Part shown: positions 8,188 to 17,338 of the stretch, in pieces
Layout of the letters: every line of letters starts with the position of its first letter
How positions within the stretch are numbered: the stretch's first letter is position 1
NCBI GenBank assembly: GCA_963677485.1
Contig: OY781964.1
Span: forward strand, 5,088,001 to 5,152,000
Reading direction: 5' to 3'
Length of the DNA stretch: 64,000 nt
DNA from: Armatimonadota bacterium
Lineage (GTDB): Bacteria > Armatimonadota > HRBIN16
Notes under the pieces: model-generated
Seen by the model: only the letters and a program-made list of their open reading frames with translations
Database searches by the model: none
Told to the model about the DNA's origin: nothing
Position numbers and translations under genes: made by a program

Positions 8188-11100
8188 TTAAGTGTTCTGG
8201 GCTTCTACTGCTATATTCTCATCGAAATAGCGGTTTCGGTCCTCTGCACTTAACGTTCGCCAGATCAGGAACTGCTTTCGCAGAGTATTCATAAAGCGTC
8301 GGTTGACGCGTTTCCAGTTGGCGATGTCACCGCTTAACCGCGTAAGGGTTAAGGTCAGCGAATAGATGTCATCGGTGTCAGTCGGTTCTGCACTGATGAG
8401 AACTGTCTGGCTTACGCCTAAGTCAAACGGAGCCAGCCATGCAGTACAACCTATGGAATAAGCACGTCCGTGCTCTTTCATGTAGTTGTCTGTCGTGACA
8501 GACTGTGTGACAAAATCGCCCACAGAATAGTCTTCATAGGCACTCAACCACTCGCCCAGGAAGGAGCTTAAACCGGTAGCTTGAACTTGATTTACTGAGA
8601 ACGGCATGGGGATTACCCATTCGTCACCCTCAGGATCAGGTGTGTGCCAGTTACGATCCAAGGCAGGCGATGCCACCTCAGACGCCTTACGAGCAGGATA
8701 TATGGTTGATAGGAGAACTGTAGCCACTACCACTAAGGTGGAGACTACTGCCGACATCGACGAGAAGTTGAGATATAAGCCTTCGATCTTGAGTAAGACA
8801 ATGGCTTTTGCACTCAACTGCGCGACAAAGTAGCCCGTAACCGAACCAACGATCGCATAGACCAGTGATTCTGCAAAGAACAACAGACCGATGTGTGTCG
8901 GTGATAGACCGAGTGAACTGAAGATGTGAATCTCCTTCACACGTTCGAACACCGAGCTGAGCATGGTCTGAAGACAGATCATGGCAGCGATCAGGATCGG
9001 GATGATCACGAACTCAATACCACGCCCAGAAGTCGCAGCCAGTGTAGAGAACCGCCATATCTGCGGACCCTGACCTGAATAGATATTCAAGCCGAGGCGG
9101 GGCATTAATTTATCAAGAACACCCTTTACCTCCTTCTTATTAGCAAAGGAGATAGCGATAGACCGGATCTCCCCACCCTGGTTCATCAGAGTGCGGTACG
9201 GTAGATAGAAGACACTATCCGGTTCAAGGTGAACGTATTCACGGAACCCAGATTCTTGACCGCCTCCACTACCACCGCCGGCTTTGTTACCCATTTTGTT
9301 CATGAGCAGGAAGTCGACAGGGGTTAAAGGTTCCTGGTCAAGGTCTGTTACTGTCTTGAACTTGCCACTGTCGAGGATTCCGATGACGTTGTACTCCATA
9401 CCGTTGAAACGGACAGAGACTTTCCCGACATCTTCAACTCCAACACGCAGAGATTCAGCAACACCGCTAGGAAGTATGGTTACATAGCGGTCACCATCTT
9501 GGAACCAGCGGCCCGCTTTCAGGGCACGTTGTGGCCGCGTGACTTGAGCTTCATCTGGAGTCAGGCCGACAATTGACTTCACATCATATTGTCTGTCACC
9601 TTTGCGCACAGCGAATGAGCTCTGCTCTCCATAGGCAACACCATAGAACCAAGCCCTCGGAGCTACCGCGCGGTCGCGGAACTCGTCGCTTAGCAGACGG
9701 TATGCCGGGTCTTGCAGAGGTTCCCAAAGTGCCGTTCTAATCATGATTCCGTTGTAGTCCGCAACACCCGGTGCACGCACCTGGTTGAAGCGGAGCACAT
9801 TCACGATTGAAGTAAAGGATAGCACGATGAACGTCAGCATGATCAGCGTGATGCTGGTCAATATAGTCCGAGCTTTTCGCCTGCGCATGTTTGACACGCC
9901 CAGGTTAAACGCCGCAAATGCGACACTAACTCGTCCAATATCGGCCCGGTGAACGCCACTCATCTGTTTGTTGATCTGTTTGAGTTGTTCCTCAAACTTG
10001 CCCATAATCATGGCCGTAACCAATCCAGATAGAGCCAGCATGACGAAGGCCAAGAAGACCACCGCAAGGTTACTGACTAACTGGAAGGCAGGGTGTATCC
10101 GACTGAACAAGAGGAACACAACAACGAAGATACCAAGGGCGGCCATCAACTGGTTGCGCAGATTTGGGAAGCCGAAGAACAACCTCTCCATAAAGAACGC
10201 GAATGGCAACAGTAATGCCATGTAGAAGATGACTCCTCTAACCACGTCATTCGCCGTCGCTTGCACGTCTGGATAGGCTCTGGCTTCATAACCCCAGGCT
10301 GCTCGACTATAGATGTCGAACTTGGCATAGTCTTTGGCGACGAGAGCAGCACGTGCCATGTCAAGTGATTTCTTTGACATCGCATGAAGCTGTTCGAGCC
10401 CCTCGTTGATAATTCGGAATTTCCGGAGTTTGGTCATGCGGTACTCATCAAGAGTCCACATGTCTTCAGCTACACGGAAAGCAGTATTAGTGATGACACC
10501 ACCAGCCGCGAAGTTATCGCGGTCACCGTAGTTCTTATTCTTCTGACCGAAACCAACCTCTTTAGCCACACCCTGAACGCGGTAGCCAATACCTTCCGGG
10601 TCTTGCTTAGTGGAGTTGATCATCACAAAGCGTGTGGCACCAGGCCCCACACCCATGATCAGCTTAATGCGGGAACCAGGCTGTGAAAAGACAACAGCCA
10701 CGTCCTCAACATAAGAGGTCATCAAGTAGTCTTGCTGGGTTGCTAAAGCCCAACCATACATACGTGGAGTACCATTGGTTTCGGCATCCAGCACGTTCAT
10801 GGTTGTCAAAGCACGCAAGGCTTGCTGATCGACCAAGTCAAAGAGCGAAGTAGGCACGCAGTTGAACACTACGATACGGCTTGTCTTTTGTCCTGTTGTG
10901 ACAGGAAAATCAACAGGATATTCTACGGCTCCCTGAGCACCTTGGTCGGGTGCAAAGTCGATGTTACCGGTGGTTCGATCGACTCGGTATGCTGCAACCG
11001 ATGTAGGGCGGTTCCATCCATAAGCTGTGACAGGTGCCACACCTGGGAACCGGTACTCGGCCTTATCATTTACGATCTGTATCAGGTTACCGCGCACACC

Positions 11101-12774
11101 TGCAAATGTCTTCGTGGCGTGTCGAACGACAGCTAGACTGTCCAGAACCGGTTCTTTGGGGATGAAGCTCTTTTTAGGTTCAAAACGGACAACCTGCCCG
11201 CTGATCGTAGAAAAGCCTCCCTGCAAGCCCATTCTCTGGAAGTTACCGGGTTCATCAATTGCGAAGTGAGGAAGTGCGGGGTCTTGAACATTGTTAGGAT
11301 CATTAAATACATGCCACAGAATACCTGACAGTAGTTTGGTCTGCATAGCCACGTTTGAGTAGTTCACCCTGTTCGGGGTGTCAAACGGCGTGTCTACCAT
11401 AGGTCGACTGTCATCGGTGGTGCAGAATGTAATCCCATTCGCCCCTGATAGTGTGACTAGCTCCGCATCAAAAGCATACTTACCGGCGAGGTAGTTCCGC
11501 CAGATTTTACCGTCAACGGGGTTAACACCATCGGCAAACATACGTGATCCGGCCAAACCCAGTGCGGCTAGAACCTTATCGGAATTTTCACGACATATTC
11601 GAGAGAGGTCAGAAAATCTATTCTGGACATCTTCGCGCATGTCATAGAAATAGCCTTTATAGAACAGTCCAACTTGCTTGTTTCGGCTGGAGATATCCAA
11701 ACCGGCCCACAAGTAGATGTCCATCAAGTCTTTTTGCTTAGGTTTGATGCCGACCGCTTTCAGCATAGACATGAACAGCTTCTGGCCCACGTTTGGCCTC
11801 TCGAGGCGGTTCATGTGTCTATCCATCCACTGTCGGATGCCTTCAAGGGAGGTAAAGTGTCCGCCTGTAGCGACGAACATGATGCTTCGCTTTGGCTTTT
11901 CTTTGGCGTATGTACGCGCAAGCTCAAGCATGGAAGCTATGCCGCAGGCACTTTCAGCACCCGGCGCGATAGCTGGAACCACTGACATCGAATCGAAATA
12001 AGAAGACAGAACAATCACTTGCTTGGACATCTTAGGGTCAGAACCCTTTATCCAGGCGATGACGTTCCTGCCCTCTTTTTTCTGCCATTGCATGGAGCAG
12101 GACAGCTTGCCAGGGAGCTCTTGGTTAGAAGCACAAAGTGCCATCAAAGGCACAGCATCACTCTTGCGTATGAAGAAACGAGGCACATTTACCGGAATTC
12201 CGATAAACTTCGCTTCAGATTCCCCACGCATCGTGTCGTCTGGCTCAACGAAAACCACCGCCTTCGCACCTAAGCGGGGAGCATTCAACCATTCGGTTCC
12301 TGAGTTATAGTTAACGAGGACGATACTACCCTGAACACGCTTACCGCTGAAGTTCGGGAGTTTCCCATCACCCACATAAATAACGGAACCACTCACACCT
12401 TCAGGAGGAAGTTGTGATGTTCGAACGAGGTTAGGCCACAGAGCATTTAAGTGAATAGATTTTCCATTCACTTGAAGCACTGATCCCTGGTCAACAGGAA
12501 CGCTGACAGGGAAAGACTCCGTAGTGATGTCTGTAAGCCCGATGGTACGGAATTGATCGGCTACCCAACCGGCCGCCTTGTCGGCACCGGGGTAACCACA
12601 AACGCGGCTGTCAATAGCAGACAAACTATTAACTGTTGTACGGATACGAGTTGTATCAACACTGTTCGCGAGGCGCATATAGTCTGGGCTGGTTACAGGT
12701 GCTTGTGCGTAAGCGATCGTAGAAACAGCCGAAACTAAGAGCATCCAACGAAGCGCCTTCCGGATAATCATCAT
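8188..12774 (-). CDS. Giant M28-peptidase-like/PA ectodomain fused to an FtsX/MacB permease
   Basis: Sec signal (..STIAYA/Q). PA-like segment (VIYVGDG..GSIVLV..GAKAVVF) and M28-like core (NVIAWIKGSD..VIVLSSYFDS..PGA). Then 3 TMs and a MacB module (NMRRRKARTILT, SSVFERVKEIHIFSSLGLSP, YPARKAS). GAGGAG RBS before the ATG at 12774. Confidence 0.85.
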   Translation of the reverse strand: MMIIRKALRWMLLVSAVSTIAYAQAPVTSPDYMRLANSVDTTRIRTTVNSLSAIDSRVCGYPGADKAAGWVADQFRTIGLTDITTESFPVSVPVDQGSVLQVNGKSIHLNALWPNLVRTSQLPPEGVSGSVIYVGDGKLPNFSGKRVQGSIVLVNYNSGTEWLNAPRLGAKAVVFVEPDDTMRGESEAKFIGIPVNVPRFFIRKSDAVPLMALCASNQELPGKLSCSMQWQKKEGRNVIAWIKGSDPKMSKQVIVLSSYFDSMSVVPAIAPGAESACGIASMLELARTYAKEKPKRSIMFVATGGHFTSLEGIRQWMDRHMNRLERPNVGQKLFMSMLKAVGIKPKQKDLMDIYLWAGLDISSRNKQVGLFYKGYFYDMREDVQNRFSDLSRICRENSDKVLAALGLAGSRMFADGVNPVDGKIWRNYLAGKYAFDAELVTLSGANGITFCTTDDSRPMVDTPFDTPNRVNYSNVAMQTKLLSGILWHVFNDPNNVQDPALPHFAIDEPGNFQRMGLQGGFSTISGQVVRFEPKKSFIPKEPVLDSLAVVRHATKTFAGVRGNLIQIVNDKAEYRFPGVAPVTAYGWNRPTSVAAYRVDRTTGNIDFAPDQGAQGAVEYPVDFPVTTGQKTSRIVVFNCVPTSLFDLVDQQALRALTTMNVLDAETNGTPRMYGWALATQQDYLMTSYVEDVAVVFSQPGSRIKLIMGVGPGATRFVMINSTKQDPEGIGYRVQGVAKEVGFGQKNKNYGDRDNFAAGGVITNTAFRVAEDMWTLDEYRMTKLRKFRIINEGLEQLHAMSKKSLDMARAALVAKDYAKFDIYSRAAWGYEARAYPDVQATANDVVRGVIFYMALLLPFAFFMERLFFGFPNLRNQLMAALGIFVVVFLLFSRIHPAFQLVSNLAVVFLAFVMLALSGLVTAMIMGKFEEQLKQINKQMSGVHRADIGRVSVAFAAFNLGVSNMRRRKARTILTSITLIMLTFIVLSFTSIVNVLRFNQVRAPGVADYNGIMIRTALWEPLQDPAYRLLSDEFRDRAVAPRAWFYGVAYGEQSSFAVRKGDRQYDVKSIVGLTPDEAQVTRPQRALKAGRWFQDGDRYVTILPSGVAESLRVGVEDVGKVSVRFNGMEYNVIGILDSGKFKTVTDLDQEPLTPVDFLLMNKMGNKAGGGSGGGQESGFREYVHLEPDSVFYLPYRTLMNQGGEIRSIAISFANKKEVKGVLDKLMPRLGLNIYSGQGPQIWRFSTLAATSGRGIEFVIIPILIAAMICLQTMLSSVFERVKEIHIFSSLGLSPTHIGLLFFAESLVYAIVGSVTGYFVAQLSAKAIVLLKIEGLYLNFSSMSAVVSTLVVVATVLLSTIYPARKASEVASPALDRNWHTPDPEGDEWVIPMPFSVNQVQATGLSSFLGEWLSAYEDYSVGDFVTQSVTTDNYMKEHGRAYSIGCTAWLAPFDLGVSQTVLISAEPTDTDDIYSLTLTLTRLSGDIANWKRVNRRFMNTLRKQFLIWRTLSAEDRNRYFDENIAVEAQNT

Positions 12775-12947
12775 TCGCAAACCGCTCCTCAGTGTGGTTC
12801 TTAGCATTTGGCGCAGATGCGCCTTAATGAATAATAACAGAAAGTAGGCGTGAAGTGGTAATGCCTACTCTATCTCGAAATCGGGTATAATTTGTTACCC
12901 ATGAGGGTTTCTGAGCTTGAGGGCTCCCCTCGCCGAACCTGCAGTGT

Positions 12948-13634
12948 GTGAACCACTCTTTATACGCTAACCTAAAATCTCGGAGAATGCCAGTGAGTTT
13001 TCAAAAACTCTGTTATCTGATCTATTCGGACATGTTCCGATACTATGGAAAACAGCCGTTTTATCGCAACCTCCATACGATGATCTGGACGTTCGGAGCT
13101 ATTCATAGCTTCTGGTTTCGCTTGGGTCAGTATTTTTGGTCCAAATCTGCAGTAGCCAGGCCACTGTATTACATCGCTCGTTATATACAGCGAATCTATA
13201 TGGTTCGATTTGGTTTTGAGGTATCACCCGAAACCATCATAGGACCAGGATTGTATATCGGACATATCGGAGGCATCACTATCAGCCGCTTTGCAAAGAT
13301 CGGCCGAAACTGCAATATATCGCAGGGAGTGACCATTGGAGCAACACAGAGGGGCGACAAAGCCGGAGCCCCCACCATCGGCGATAATGTATACATCGGG
13401 CCGGGAGCCCGTGTAATAGGTGCGATCGTGATTGGTAACAATGTGGCCATTGGTGCCAATGCCGTCGTAAGTAAGGATCTGCCCGATTTTTCAGTTGCTG
13501 TCGGATTACCCGCACGGTCTATCGGCACGGAAGGTTCTGTCGGCTATATCAACAACACGGAATACGATCAGCATTTGGGAGCCTGGGCCAGGAAATTCGC
13601 TCAGGTAGTATCAACACCTGACAAAGTGTTATAA
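12948..13634 (+). CDS. Serine acetyltransferase-like (CysE/WcaB-type) hexapeptide acyltransferase
   Basis: IGPGLYIGHIGGITI, QGVTIG, PTIGDNVYIGPGA, IGANAVV, VGLPAR left-handed beta-helix. Confidence 0.85.
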   Translation: MNHSLYANLKSRRMPVSFQKLCYLIYSDMFRYYGKQPFYRNLHTMIWTFGAIHSFWFRLGQYFWSKSAVARPLYYIARYIQRIYMVRFGFEVSPETIIGPGLYIGHIGGITISRFAKIGRNCNISQGVTIGATQRGDKAGAPTIGDNVYIGPGARVIGAIVIGNNVAIGANAVVSKDLPDFSVAVGLPARSIGTEGSVGYINNTEYDQHLGAWARKFAQVVSTPDKVL

Positions 13635-13671
13635 TCTTCAAGGAAATATCACGGAGGCACATTAACAATCT

Positions 13672-14412
13672 ATGTCTGGTCACTCCAAATGGCATAATAT
13701 CCGCTTGCGTAAAGGCAAGCAGGATGCCGAGCGCGGAAAACTGTTTACACGAGTTGCTCGCGAGATCATCGTAGCAGCTAAAGAGGGTGGCGGTAACCCC
13801 GACGCTAATCTGCGACTTAAAATGGCAATGCAAAAGGCCCGCGATGTGCATATGCCTCAAGATAATATCAAGCGCGCCATCATGCGCGGCACAGGTGAGC
13901 TTGACGGCTCCAACTATGATGAGGTCACCTACGAAGGTTACGGCCCCGCAGGTGTAGCTATACTCGTAGAGTGCATGACTGATAACAAAAACCGAACAGT
14001 TTCGGAAATCCGGCATGCTTTCACCAAGGCTGGCGGCAGTTTGGGTGAGATGGGCTGTGTCGGCTGGATGTTTACGCCCCAGGGCATGATCATGGTACCG
14101 CTGTCGGCTGGCGACGAAGAAACCATCATGACCGCAGCTTTAGAAGCGGGTGCTGAGGACTTTGTGGCTACCGATGATGGGTATGAAATCACGACCGATC
14201 AGGGCGGCTTAAACACTGTCACCGAAGCACTAAAGGCAGCAGGAATACCAGTTGAGAACTCCGAACCCACTATGACACCCAGTTCTACGGTGGCCATTGA
14301 AGGCAAAGAGGCTCAACAGGTTTTGAGGTTACTTGATATGCTGGATGAACTTGACGATGTTCAAGCAGTTCACTCCAACGCAGACATACCCGATGACGAG
14401 TATGAGGGGTAG
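13672..14412 (+). CDS. yebC: YebC/PmpR family protein
   Basis: MSGHSKWHNI, YEGYGPAGVA, TDNKNRT. Confidence 0.97.
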   Translation: MSGHSKWHNIRLRKGKQDAERGKLFTRVAREIIVAAKEGGGNPDANLRLKMAMQKARDVHMPQDNIKRAIMRGTGELDGSNYDEVTYEGYGPAGVAILVECMTDNKNRTVSEIRHAFTKAGGSLGEMGCVGWMFTPQGMIMVPLSAGDEETIMTAALEAGAEDFVATDDGYEITTDQGGLNTVTEALKAAGIPVENSEPTMTPSSTVAIEGKEAQQVLRLLDMLDELDDVQAVHSNADIPDDEYEG

Positions 14413-14974
14413 CTTCAGCTTGCAGCAACAAGATACCATACTGGCCCGCCTGAAAGCGACAAGCTTCGGGCGGGCTGCCGTTTTCTTTGACCGTGATGGC
14501 GTCTTGAATGAGGAAGTTGGATATCTCCACTCCCCCAGCAGATTTATCTGGCGCAAAGGAGCCGAACGCTGCATCCACGCCGTTAATCGGGCAGGGTTGC
14601 TCGCTATCATCATCACCAACCAAGGTGGGATCGCACGCTCCATGTATACGGAACACGATGTGCGCCAACTCCACTTTTGGATGCAAACCCAGCTTCAGCC
14701 GCATCACGCTCATCTTGATGCATTCTATTATTGTCCTCATCACGACGAAGGTGACATTCCGCATCTCGCCATAGATTGTCCAAACCGTAAACCAAATCCA
14801 GGAATGCTGTTGAAGGCCGCTAACCAATGGGGTATCAACTTACCAAACAGCATCATGCTGGGTGATAAACGGCGTGACATGGAGGCGGCATCTAATGCCG
14901 GAGTGTTGGGTTTAATGGTCGATGACCATACATTAGATGATCTCGCTTCGTTGCTTGAGCAGCACCACGAATGA
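14402..14974 (+). CDS. gmhB: GmhB-like HAD-IIIA sugar bisphosphate phosphatase
   Basis: FFDRDGVLN, ITNQGGIAR, YYCPHH..CPNRKPNPGML, GDKRRD. Start uncertain (14402 or 14420). Confidence 0.85.
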   Translation: MRGSFSLQQQDTILARLKATSFGRAAVFFDRDGVLNEEVGYLHSPSRFIWRKGAERCIHAVNRAGLLAIIITNQGGIARSMYTEHDVRQLHFWMQTQLQPHHAHLDAFYYCPHHDEGDIPHLAIDCPNRKPNPGMLLKAANQWGINLPNSIMLGDKRRDMEAASNAGVLGLMVDDHTLDDLASLLEQHHE

Positions 14975-16422
14975 GCCAGGTTGAGAACCGGTACAAAAGT
15001 GTAGTTTCAGGCCTCAAGTGGCTTACGTTGGCCTCTATTGGCGGCCGTATCATCACATTTGGGATGGGCATCATCCTTGCCCGTTATTACTTAACCCCTG
15101 CCCAGTTTGGTTTGGTCAACATGGCAGCGATCAGCGTGATGGCATTTGACCTGATCCGCGACTTTGGACTTGTAGAAGCGCTCCTCAAGCGTGAACAACT
15201 GAACGATGAAGCCGCAGATACTGCATTCTGGTTATTGACAGTTTTCGCATCAATGGCAGCCGCGGTAGTGATTATACTGGCTCCGCATATTGCCCAAGTA
15301 TTCCATGAACCCGCTCTGGCCAGTTATCTTTATGTCATGTGTCTGTCCTTGGTTACCAACGGGCTCGCGGCTGTGCCATTAGCCCTTCTTCAAAAGCAAG
15401 ACAGATGGAAGGCCTATGCCTCGGCAGATGCGGTCTTCGCCATTGCTGGTTCGGCCACAGTTCTGCTTTTAGCGATCATGGGGGCTCGCGAGTGGTCACT
15501 GGTGATTGGAATAGTGCTAAAGGGGATCATCCAAACATCGTATGCCTGGTGGCTGATAAAATGGCATCCAAAACTGAAGTTTTCGGTTAAAACAGCCAAA
15601 GAGATGCTCGGTTTCGGTAAATGGGTCACGGCGGTCCGGTTCCCTGACCTCTTCATGTATTTCGCGGACAACGCCTATTTGGGCCGATATGCCGGCAAAC
15701 AGAATCTGGGTTATTACTCTCAGCCTTATAACTGGATACAACAGCCGCTCACTCTATTTGTCAGCCAGGTTGGTAAGGCTCTATACCCCAACCTTGCGAA
15801 AAGCCATGATGACCTGGAACGAAGGGACCTGTTTTTAAAAAGCTATCAACTACTGTGTTGGCTCGTAGTTCCGTTGTATGCGTTTCTGGGATGTCATGCT
15901 CAACTATTTGTAGATGTCATCTACGGTCCAAAATGGGCGCCGTCAGGCAAGATACTGGTGTGGCTGTGTGCAGCAGCGACCGTAAGGGCGTTAACAGCCG
16001 ATGGTCTACAGGGTTACTTCTGGGCTAGCAACCGCGGCAAGCAATATGCCTGGCCGATATGGGTGTCCATTCTATTTATTTTTGGAGCCATGGTTTACAG
16101 CCAAGGAAAGTGGGATGGCCGACAGATCGCCATGCTGTTTACGGCCGGCATCAGCCTTCGGGGGATTATCAACCTGATGTTGTTAAGCACGAAATCGGTG
16201 AAGTTGACAGGTGCCACAGTACAGAAGCTGATGGTTGCATTCTGGCCATGTGCTTTATTGGCTTGGAGCTGTCATTATCTCGTTACACTTTATATCGCTA
16301 ACATGACACTACAGCTTATATCATCAATGATGTTGTATGGTGCAGGAATATTACTACTTTACGTAGGAATAACAAAGAAATTGGTCAAACTGTCTGTATC
16401 AAGACAGGATACTAATAGTTAA
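14971..16422 (+). CDS. Wzx-type polysaccharide flippase (MOP superfamily)
   Basis: GLKW..ILARYYLTPAQFGL..DFGL..AL, about 12-14 TMs, YGPKW motif. Confidence 0.88.
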   Translation: MSQVENRYKSVVSGLKWLTLASIGGRIITFGMGIILARYYLTPAQFGLVNMAAISVMAFDLIRDFGLVEALLKREQLNDEAADTAFWLLTVFASMAAAVVIILAPHIAQVFHEPALASYLYVMCLSLVTNGLAAVPLALLQKQDRWKAYASADAVFAIAGSATVLLLAIMGAREWSLVIGIVLKGIIQTSYAWWLIKWHPKLKFSVKTAKEMLGFGKWVTAVRFPDLFMYFADNAYLGRYAGKQNLGYYSQPYNWIQQPLTLFVSQVGKALYPNLAKSHDDLERRDLFLKSYQLLCWLVVPLYAFLGCHAQLFVDVIYGPKWAPSGKILVWLCAAATVRALTADGLQGYFWASNRGKQYAWPIWVSILFIFGAMVYSQGKWDGRQIAMLFTAGISLRGIINLMLLSTKSVKLTGATVQKLMVAFWPCALLAWSCHYLVTLYIANMTLQLISSMMLYGAGILLLYVGITKKLVKLSVSRQDTNS

Positions 16423-17144
16423 GCCTTCGCGAAATCGCCTATAATGATTTGCCTGGCGTGACAAAAAGGCCACATATTATATATCCTGCCAATGTAACAG
16501 GCCAGTATGTAAAGTGTCTTTCGCTGCCAAAAATATCTATATACCCCGCTAATTAAGCTCAACACCTCTACCCTAAATCCATTTTGTGTTGCCAGACGTC
16601 TCAACGTTTTGACGCTGTTCATTCGGTAATAAGTCTTGCTGTTGTCCCAGTCAGCTTTACGCAACAAAGCCCCAACCACAGCTCTGTGTGTCTGATGGTT
16701 GGTCAGTGCAGAGATCACCATTGCAGGATTATATATATTGGGAGTCCAGAATAGAAAATGGCCACCCGGCTTGAGCACCCGTCGAATCTCACTTAATGCG
16801 TGATCAGGGTTCCTAAAATGCTCGAGCACCCATGCTGCTATAACTATATCTACAGAGTTGTCATCTAACGGTATGTCCTCTACTGAGGCCACATGGAATT
16901 CGTCAATGTGCGGGTTGCTTTTTTTTTCCGGGTCAATGTCGATACCTACTACATGCACTCCAGATACATCCTGGCGTACTTTGTTGCTAACCCAACATTC
17001 AGCCCCACACCCTGCTTCTAGTATCACCGGGTGTTCTTTACCAGTCAAGTGTTTTCGGATTTGATTTTCGGCCAGGTCATGCCACTTAATATGGCCATAC
17101 GGCCTAACATTGTCCTCAATTTCGTTAACCCAGTAGCGTGTCAT
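16419..17144 (-). CDS. Class I SAM-dependent methyltransferase
   Basis: ILEAGCG, VGIDID, IPLDDNSVDIV, VLEH, EIRRVLKPGG. Confidence 0.9.
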   Translation of the reverse strand: MTRYWVNEIEDNVRPYGHIKWHDLAENQIRKHLTGKEHPVILEAGCGAECWVSNKVRQDVSGVHVVGIDIDPEKKSNPHIDEFHVASVEDIPLDDNSVDIVIAAWVLEHFRNPDHALSEIRRVLKPGGHFLFWTPNIYNPAMVISALTNHQTHRAVVGALLRKADWDNSKTYYRMNSVKTLRRLATQNGFRVEVLSLISGVYRYFWQRKTLYILACYIGRIYNMWPFCHARQIIIGDFAKA

Positions 17145-17338
17145 ATTGGCTATCCTTAATTCATGTCGGTATAAATGCAGGCCAGAAATGTCCTAATCGA
17201 GTAAGTAAGTCGCGTTTCAAACGGTGGTCCCGATTACCGCGCATATTTCAGTATACACAATGGGATATGCAAACGGGAGCACAATCTCACACTTCCGCGT
17301 ATACTAAAACAGTGTATTTATAACCCCTGGAGGCATGT

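Noticed and set aside
3074-12774. Interpreting the PqqD-containing operon as a PQQ or RiPP biosynthetic cluster
   Set aside because: No pqqA/B/C/E, radical SAM, cyclase or precursor peptide in the window.
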